IMG/VR virus record: IMGVR_UViG_3300037307_000155
Location: 1 to 32,696 of that record
Reading direction: 5' to 3' (one strand)
Origin: a virus
Lineage: Duplodnaviria; Caudoviricetes
Length of the DNA: 32,696 nt
The notes beneath the pieces were generated by a model that was not told where the DNA came from, searched no databases, and worked only from the letters and a program-made list of their open reading frames with translations. Positions 29,701 through 32,696 of the stretch are shown here, piece after piece. Positions within the stretch are counted from its first letter, which is position 1. The number at the start of each line of letters is the position of its first letter. The position numbers and the translations under genes are program-made.

Positions 29701-32053
29701 TCGACTCCGTGGCCTTCTTCATCTCACCGTCGAGGCGGACCTTCTCATCCTCGAAGTTCTGGCGGGCCGCGGTGTTCCCCTGGTAGATCAGGCGCATCTG
29801 GTTCATGAACTCGGCAGCCGAGAGGATGCCCGCGTTGGCCGGGAACTCGCTCCGCTCGATCACACCGTGGGGGGTGACGATGTTCTTGCCGGACCAGCCC
29901 ATCGTGACGAGGCTGCCGTTGCCCTCCTGCAGCGCCTTCTTCCTCGAGGTCTCCCAGTCCGTCTTCATGACCTCCGCACCCGCCGCACCGATCGTGGCGG
30001 AGTGGACGTCGTCCGTGCGCTGGAGGTCGGTGAGCGTGTCAACGATCGTCTTGATGTCCTCGTTCTCCTGCTTGGTGGCCGTGGCCATCCGCGCCCGCTC
30101 CTCGGGCGTGGCGTTCTTCCAGAACTCGTTCCACTGGGCGTCGTCCGGCATCATGCCCGTGCGCATGAAGACGTTGACCTTGGCCCGCGCCTCCTGCTGT
30201 TGCGCGATGGAGGGCCGCGCCATGCTCCCGCTCATGCCCATGCCGATGCCGGACGCCGCGCCGTACATGCCGGCCTCGAAGATCTGGTCCCACGTCGCCG
30301 TCTCGCCCACGGTCATCGGGTCGAGGACGGCCTGGAAGACCTCCTCACCACCCTCCGCCCAGCCGAGGATCACCGCATCACCCAGCCGGGTGCCGTAGCT
30401 CGCCGTCTTCTGCGCGGCCTGGAACAGGTCATCCCTGGTGACGATCTTCCGCCCGTCGCGCAGCGCCATCCGCTGGGCCATCCAGCCGGTCGGCACCCAC
30501 CGCAGGAACTCGCTGGGGACCAGCGCCTCCAGCGTGGTCTTGCTGCTGACCACCTCGAGCTTGTCGTTGTACTTGTAGACCCGCCCGTTCAGGGTGACCT
30601 CGTACAGGTCATCCGCCACCTTGTTCGCGTCATCGAACGGACCCTTGGCCCAGGCCCGTGCCTTCTCGCTCGCGGAGTGCAGCTTGCCCGCCACGCCCAT
30701 CTGCAGCACGTCGATGCCGACCGAGCCGGCCAGGGAGAGCCCCTCGGGGATGGACTCGATGTTGTCCCATGCACCGCGGGAGTCGTTGAACGTCGTCCCA
30801 CCGAGCCCGGTGATGAACTTGCCGCCCGCCACCGCCGCCATGTTGCCCATGTAGAACATGCGGCCGAACGGGTTGGCGAACTGCAGCATGGAGTCGCCCA
30901 CCGTGGCCACCAGGTCCAGCCCGCGCACCCACTTGTTGGCCTCACGCCGGCCAGTGCTGCTGTAGGCGTAGAACTCCGACTCGCCGTCCCCGATGCCGCC
31001 CTCGCTGCTGGCATCGACGATCCCCTGCGTGACGTTGCTCAGCGGCGCCATGAACTTCATGCCGAGCTCCCCGACGCCCATCGCCGCCGAGCCGGTCACC
31101 GCAGCGACCTGCTGCCACCTGTTGAACGTGCCGTCACCCTCGACCCGCTCCGTCGAGTACCGCTCGGCCGCCTGCTCCGTCCTCGACCATGCACGGGCGG
31201 TGATCTCCGTCAGCTGGTCCTGGTTCATGTACCCGCCAGCAAGGCCCGCAGCCGTGGCGACACCCGCGATGACCGCAGCACCGATGGCCCCGGGACCAGT
31301 CCACGAGAAGCCGGCCGCGGCCAGCCCCATCGAGGTGAGCACCGTGCCGCCCCATGCCATGCCGCCAGCCGTGGCACCGCCGGCCAGCGTCATCAGCGCG
31401 CCGCCGCCGTGCTCCCGGATGGTCTCCTGCTTCTTCTCGACGTCGTCCTTGTAGTCCTTGGCGCTGCCGGCCCAGACCGCCCGCTCGTTCCCCCGCTTCC
31501 GCTCCGACTCCACCTTGTCGCGGAACAGCTGGACCCGGTTGTCATCCTCGAACATCCGCTGCTTGTCGACCCGGTTGAACATGAGCTCGCCCATGAGCAG
31601 GTCGGCCGTGTACTCATCGTGGACGTCGTAGAGGTTCTGGCCCTTCTGGACCTTGCCCTTGACGAACACGTCGCCGAACTTGAAGCGACCCTCCGGGTCG
31701 TCCCACATGGCGACGCCCGTGGCCCTCTGGTTGCCCGGGACCAGCCACTTGTAGAACTGGGTGGGATCGTCGCGCTCCGCGGCGAGGCGCTGGTAGTGGT
31801 CCACCTGCCGGAACATCTCGTTGTAGAAGTCCGTGTCCCAGCCGTTCCTGCCGCTGGTGGGATTGGCCCCGGAGTACCAGCTGTAGGCGGACTCCGCCAT
31901 CGAGGTGGTGGGCGTCCACGGGGTGAACCCGCCCGGCTGCGGGCCGGCCGCGACACCGCCACCGACCCGCTCGTACGTAGCAGTGAGCCCGGTGGGGTTC
32001 GCCGGGTTCCTGGCCGCCCGCTCGTAGTCAGCGACCTTGTCCCAGTTGACCAT
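17753..32053 (-). CDS. Giant 4766-aa virion protein; putative ejected two-barrel (DPBB) RNA polymerase
   Basis: Uninterrupted 14.3-kb ORF heading the structural operon. N-terminal hydrophobic Gly/Ala segment; SGK (721-723), RHP (882-884) and DHDGD (924-928) motifs; Arg/Tyr/Gly-rich C-terminal tail. The ORF is secure; the function is inferred. Confidence 0.75.
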   Translation of the reverse strand: MVNWDKVADYERAARNPANPTGLTATYERVGGGVAAGPQPGGFTPWTPTTSMAESAYSWYSGANPTSGRNGWDTDFYNEMFRQVDHYQRLAAERDDPTQFYKWLVPGNQRATGVAMWDDPEGRFKFGDVFVKGKVQKGQNLYDVHDEYTADLLMGELMFNRVDKQRMFEDDNRVQLFRDKVESERKRGNERAVWAGSAKDYKDDVEKKQETIREHGGGALMTLAGGATAGGMAWGGTVLTSMGLAAAGFSWTGPGAIGAAVIAGVATAAGLAGGYMNQDQLTEITARAWSRTEQAAERYSTERVEGDGTFNRWQQVAAVTGSAAMGVGELGMKFMAPLSNVTQGIVDASSEGGIGDGESEFYAYSSTGRREANKWVRGLDLVATVGDSMLQFANPFGRMFYMGNMAAVAGGKFITGLGGTTFNDSRGAWDNIESIPEGLSLAGSVGIDVLQMGVAGKLHSASEKARAWAKGPFDDANKVADDLYEVTLNGRVYKYNDKLEVVSSKTTLEALVPSEFLRWVPTGWMAQRMALRDGRKIVTRDDLFQAAQKTASYGTRLGDAVILGWAEGGEEVFQAVLDPMTVGETATWDQIFEAGMYGAASGIGMGMSGSMARPSIAQQQEARAKVNVFMRTGMMPDDAQWNEFWKNATPEERARMATATKQENEDIKTIVDTLTDLQRTDDVHSATIGAAGAEVMKTDWETSRKKALQEGNGSLVTMGWSGKNIVTPHGVIERSEFPANAGILSAAEFMNQMRLIYQGNTAARQNFEDEKVRLDGEMKKATESKNQDAIDEVQRLIDANNVLLDETKDLLGVNKQILAKFEKAFADLTSQPDPAERSRIIKSINTQMRAAFSGEWVDNAGNRVDDATQELIRRSVELKIGRHPYMDRGSFAVKVMQISEEMTKWGINNTIYTHQGGLKAQGADHDGDTTIPLHEIYLPRDRMREMRRGTQYVSTKYKARANKTDTSPMDPSRDETFLEMIADTPDSEQTFLNYFKAAHDSGPGTDRYKQLNDALTHLSSSFQARYAQSNNGPIEDAVLSKALDQFKVDVRSGVVSARQTLVETLFNHNAEGLFEMGDRAVNGEMAGPEMLWMLNRINIMFDSVQQGLAHIKALQPQNAPVGNPARVAKERDFQNGIARLNAANAGQALSMLGSVVSVRQGQVLHYSPFLRSLTDAGYLKKGSGISQQQFDLANQYAAQSGQWESDVAHVQGRNAIQNRVNVWIDMLVEEIMANTPSLSRTPAEIRMLLANMSVPNLVEKDGTYTVTEGSITLLQLLLRKSLAIEEVNSRKALPDDPIHAKIKKLKALTVPKGPHSVTHAKAVLEVFGDRQLHELVGDSSMYIAPSMTLNQLKMHIIGMGKIQRDQTVARLHRSPAYIKPSKLADPPWGMEVLETGEVSAFSMMVDSIASVARTMVKDTEDADQRAHNTFTKGLSGLQREIANFRTQNALPLMKKYGKDVSNANILKELLRARPELAMEVAKIIPKASQLGVFEVDGHDVKVAKWVDKMLLAKPDEAAKIWFVHTKLAELNQLAGTKARGLEEEESIDADTTAEAAGKIHFDRIESRFLQLLHHLSQQPDQMELMKLLKLMEQPGTLQDFFDDINEQDAWRMDRERLFAYHDDVKMFEVDFDDVWNSGTPGTVTREALQQWGKKLSVYGKRAAETEVIRKNNESLLANMVANRKDPTVSAPHATYNALLEDLIKFRRKFPDTQGQISRDQVMALMQHALARTHDKGKGDPNAAPFGEATVTMDGFGWADGLRQEANAMTMLDFADVATNLTKLVEGPVRIMMPDGSSVRIDVSDGDQALAMLADPRTQPLAMAILAPTVRDVDNNGVLQTYIDLDGSHVRDIGKMLEETVNGNVLFAEKSEWSDKVKQAHRYIGLIEGHVRKAVANGTPEERSAGYMPIMNMINDFLVAYTHGPANRTVDKEMMRQKLIVEVADAIKDISRLDPALHGDLLKRVKEKMYARLTDDAGPYKDLFQSEMEKEFIHLGLMQKAQKYIQHEQNRIDAERDILNDEKRNATDPARIQEINDKLAELKLSMTALSDSIKRLTSDSGFLELPKMTLRDLNSMTEMFTLDPNADPAAKAMKRVTIMQWLESGNRINRFRPKEHIDLYHKAKKLIFHDPGELATEAERDQAYADQITDKEWQVLGGWAMSAYTSDLMSRGASTYELPTAMLGDDALSQRRYFDISQGYLAEPLFDPNVLHAARELAMKHSYGGTDPTISSIEKKLTEGTDSLLSEKRIGKWSDRIPVESMKARQIMLTAPVGAAVAIEGNDPKEMESYVSSSLITWKKPEAVHHSQHTLTGKATSSAPDLLKPGFPESYVKLQGHFLRGAKITDLQGNEIVAANDFFEMIGRVNTTNDAIEQSGYRVFTLQRLNQALNTLRSNGILTTDFKIELDYVDVDKMPATKEWANNIFFDGVGREDQGGSGVGAIAALFFGVNGLNKLGQQQPLDMAAKKGKQFRAHVTTMLDEVEQMESQGTISHQLMLKAMHMWSQDYPTGSLLPMDLPSLHKLMRMRHVVKVTQHDGSIEFVWPEKIISEEQALGPNQSLPYQDVQLIPLSDSVAQTLRGAAGYMGVSGKMIKPVFQLKDLMIQPDLSLARLKALGITRLGETTELAESLLATTTALPRARQRKSKEAKALDDRWTLRIKKWVEEREETSLRRLDKRKKGKGTLDITRINQENIDRLTQAISLEALQPLFNRMGVPHSDLSNGDAITRSQAMVARLGDTMTDTNNMVFLHDHKSDSDPSQGRLSAASLRKGFDRKSPFRPMYGDVVVIDMQSILDATGQNHEKALELALDVVKAYSEYGVTIALMNPPGEQDMRVGVSQALANGWLGYEAMAHSGHIFSPMTPDSKYEQAQRAAESTLTEVVPMSARGLVLGLASNGLATDLSENNTHIWAEKDEQFNRVTHTIMPVQMDATKQGRRPGRSYNVPTAGIGRDGHDQRAKLTAELPALLTNDEVVKTLKKMTGGDAQSNPKNARIRKYHKDSDILEPGIMSFDDALEELINNLQNGIWPTDVGTTIRTGTMIPLVSKNGDVYIYRVGFEHPSIDEMTKMHNQTPGDLASNLPMKLSISKAKVDKKQSLPPPFEVVSVTPDVNGLSVIGKAVTDSHVKMGREGVGFKDGMTHIPGHWKFPADPMKATQDAQGIHVTRFYSETSTVAKGAWQGFCDNFRDIFTVTGIDFRDDLLDAAFGTNRDPADASTQWNTLQEVFEIWSKVSKNFTAEEIARAMDSDTVLAGLGAEVNAIGRRVAGTNWTDVDWTTPNRSSLNPQQDIFRIVMVTLAAPGMKLEHVLSTSGLMTVKDRNSPANSILRMPPLFTDALNSPKNPELRDYLIGKINSRMPRDAAGNLTHYFDRRLRFHQRIWSDTVNGGKGGWMDVEGTLQVHMPIPFDENHQTLTQASLQNEAPASPHIARTVESAIGGLTATRPLKRDKDGNPIPERTKLDEIYGDNEVMRFDNGDGETIYNLIRNFAGRSPYSPYDRKQPMEVAYVEEADAQVRQYATTAPWQKWSKQEKAAARSAAVSMIQRLNLDQLGGSEMIDEIDFLVRQFLGAPAPSAQQQRDGTYQDQLTSEMYVQAVELMMINIQNNWHPLHGAAVPLEHESFWKMVYNAQLRIPAARSDERWAPAALEGGKTTTLAKGWDEWVVSLHGQLRESDSPFHSMFGTALDGFYHTYQGATDLFMEMDLSVNAAKAAKLMDEKTNRYYLSISEGHDSILRNPVVIDGMLYTLETLTGSIDPLYTADTAATTPDSTLAAQIEKQREWLAGKKMAKQKRLSVKQYAKVGAAYQENSRVTSALLHNIMHLSIANRLFNPQLYMSAILEVPFRSQIEHFTNFIYGAHQGAGSRQAQNAREEINKLLNVLRRLDKREEVVVQPYFTNQQRDMLDQLVETLSHSNELFGELYKEMSYQMFVNREHRTKLGSGLETMAHTAARIMADPKWGMTGKAVVRRYIDAAWEVLSLTDSNITVEQFVEMMRRDPLWLKKMTSDQRGGAHKMAMNRVAQNRGAKQTLVAQHMMKRVEAMTSSSSWMINTTGHAVKIPFAFTRFNMNMFMTVTGLQAFDTMAAMWLDGKQKPEYFKRMAARARGEAYQQDTENRFDYSDVLDGVDLSRAFVRGAVTQTQFFIAGFLASNLGLGGEDEEERKRRKLAELLNIPYYHDPYKANNDFRMKDAIFLDNIPILNGLFKDPTGRSAIQPHWVMKQFLSPIMGMQRFFDTGNFNEVRLGFWDAAAAIPNSITRLYREVDVSARMLMMNAKDLDLDTPEGNAAYMGTFAHIVGMYERAIFENNWINSIRNAKDEYDRNPWLIPATDEEGNILRVNGMGVPEETDALHGYVKPDGTIGNAYLTREGIQATLHQYSENNAVAATILSLFTGGTSSTYLRRNMVPKTPTAFVDEATKSEAKALILAAWHGLGGAPEYSKMDIIKTLQEKSKAAGIWYDQDDIEAEADAIYASQTDSDYILSILDDEGRELIQKDGGSAVYRALWKGELQLGDASLRGVAIPIPMRKEIGEELLDDLIQKGVDDGMTQQQANYMANRLWYGDPQFPDQPGLKALLNDDRIPTTPKAEYLQANLTYVIGPDGKPWATPFEKQSLFQAITGIPSPHQVWKPRKGTHLDARYNVVDDVLGINTGQAGLIPKPIEPKEEEEKEKKDVGDDPLKNSTSKKFYPRRGSYGYRRYGYRRYGRGGYGGGGGGGYSSSPRFDRMDRLPTGTAARFDNVYAINTNTPLIRRSEVRRERITSERGRLKQWQ

Positions 32054-32056
32054 CGG

Positions 32057-32224
32057 CTACTTCCCCTTCTGCGCCCGCAGCACCCGCTTCTGCGCCCGCA
32101 GCACCCGCTTCTGCGCCGGGCTCGGGTGCTTCGCCTTCTGCGCAGCAGCACCGAGGATCTTGCCCGCGCTCTCCTTGGAATAGCCCTTCTTCTGGAGCTT
32201 CCCCTGCTCGGACTTGAACGACAT
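32057..32224 (-). CDS. Small very basic protein (55 aa, MSFKSEQGKLQKKGY...), probably leaderless
   Basis: ATG at 32224 lies 6 nt after a TACGAT -10 box, with no SD sequence; Lys/Arg-rich; stop is 3 nt before the giant gene start. Confidence 0.7.
   Translation of the reverse strand: MSFKSEQGKLQKKGYSKESAGKILGAAAQKAKHPSPAQKRVLRAQKRVLRAQKGK
32066..32117. repeat. 21-bp tandem repeat x2.5, encoding AQKRVLR
   Basis: cttctgcgcccgcagcacccg at 32066 and 32087; partial copy at 32108. Confidence 0.9.
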
Positions 32225-32230
32225 GGGCTG

Positions 32231-32259
32231 ATCGTAGCGCCGTACACCCCGCCAGTCAC
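32231..32259 (-). promoter_or_regulatory. Sigma-A-like promoter for the structural operon: -35 GTGACT, 17 nt, -10 TACGAT, 6 nt, ATG
   Basis: Minus-strand reading GTGACT(32259-32254)-N17-TACGAT(32236-32231)-CAGCCC-ATG. Confidence 0.6.
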
Positions 32260-32489
32260 CCCGCCGCCAGCCTCTCTCGCAGGGCTGGACCCTCAATCGT
32301 AGGCCAACTGCCGGGGTGCACCCCGCGGAATACCTGCATAGGTGGGGTCACACCCCACTGCAATGCAGTGCCTGCGGGGTACAGCCCGGGAGCCACCCTA
32401 CGGATCCCTCGGTTCGGGTCCTGGTCTCGGGGACTGATCCTGGGGTTTCGTGCTTCCTCATGGGGTTGAGGACTGTGGAGTTGGACGGA

Positions 32490-32660
32490 TTAGGAAACTT
32501 TTGTGGGAGGTTCAAATAAAAAAGATAAATAAAAAAGAAACAAATTATACCCCCCTATACTATTATATAATATAGTATATATGTATATAAGGCTGTGATG
32601 ATAATGAATATATTATTAGGTTGTTTGTTTTGTATCTATTTTTGATATTGGGAGAACTAC
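32490..32660. promoter_or_regulatory. Extremely AT-rich non-coding island with a hairpin containing TATAAT, upstream of the divergent gene
   Basis: A-tracts on the left and T-tracts on the right; TATACTAT (32556-32563) pairs with ATAGTATA (32572-32579), with TATAAT at 32566-32571. Confidence 0.6.
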
Positions 32661-32674
32661 TGAAAGGACCACCC

Positions 32675-32696
32675 ATGTCAGATGTCAAGTCGAAGA
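32675..32696 (+). CDS. Start of a divergent gene (MSDVKSK..., truncated by the window end)
   Basis: GAAAGGA RBS at 32662-32668, 6 nt before the ATG at 32675. Confidence 0.55.

Noticed and set aside
17753-32053. Giant protein as a tape measure protein or an N4/T7-type single-subunit RNAP
   Set aside because: No tail tube or chaperone genes and no periodic tape-measure repeats are seen. I did not recognise T7-type polymerase motifs, whereas DPBB motifs are present.
25394-32302. 2302-aa plus-strand ORF, and similar long antisense ORFs (17654-21298, 22850-25183, 5814-8582, 15885-17558, 14459-15802)
   Set aside because: These are shadow frames antisense to real genes. Strong GC3 bias removes stop codons, the V/L/R/H/G-rich composition is unnatural, and there is no RBS or operon logic.
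32316-32519. 67-aa plus-strand ORF with a CxxC
   Set aside because: No RBS, atypical codon usage, and it overlaps the palindrome cluster; more likely non-coding.

Overview
This window is the virion structure/assembly arm of a high-GC, probably actinobacterial, tailed phage with a podovirus-like layout. About 22 tightly packed, often overlapping genes lie on the minus strand. In transcription order they encode: a small basic protein, a giant 4766-aa protein, portal, major capsid protein, a small acidic protein, two fibre-base proteins, four collagen-like fibre proteins, a small unknown protein, a lysis cassette (holin-like protein, 39-aa membrane peptide, M15-like endolysin), further fibre proteins including an HxH needle fibre, two Cys-free probable core/ejection proteins, a tail adaptor and a tail nozzle carrying nested carbohydrate-binding-like modules. 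The operon is bounded on the left by a TGACTAC repeat array around an AT-rich core. On the right it is bounded by a leaderless sigma-A-like promoter, a palindrome cluster, an extremely AT-rich island and the start of a divergent plus-strand gene. No terminase, tape measure or integrase gene is in the window. The main finding is that the giant protein contains, in correct order, the motifs of the catalytic beta-prime-type double-psi beta-barrel of two-barrel RNA polymerases (SGK...GRHP...IYTH...ADHDGD). This suggests a virion-packaged, ejected, single-chain RNA polymerase. A second finding is a set of three length-matched collagen genes that may form a heterotrimeric or swappable fibre tip. All product calls come from motif recognition by eye; no database searches were run.
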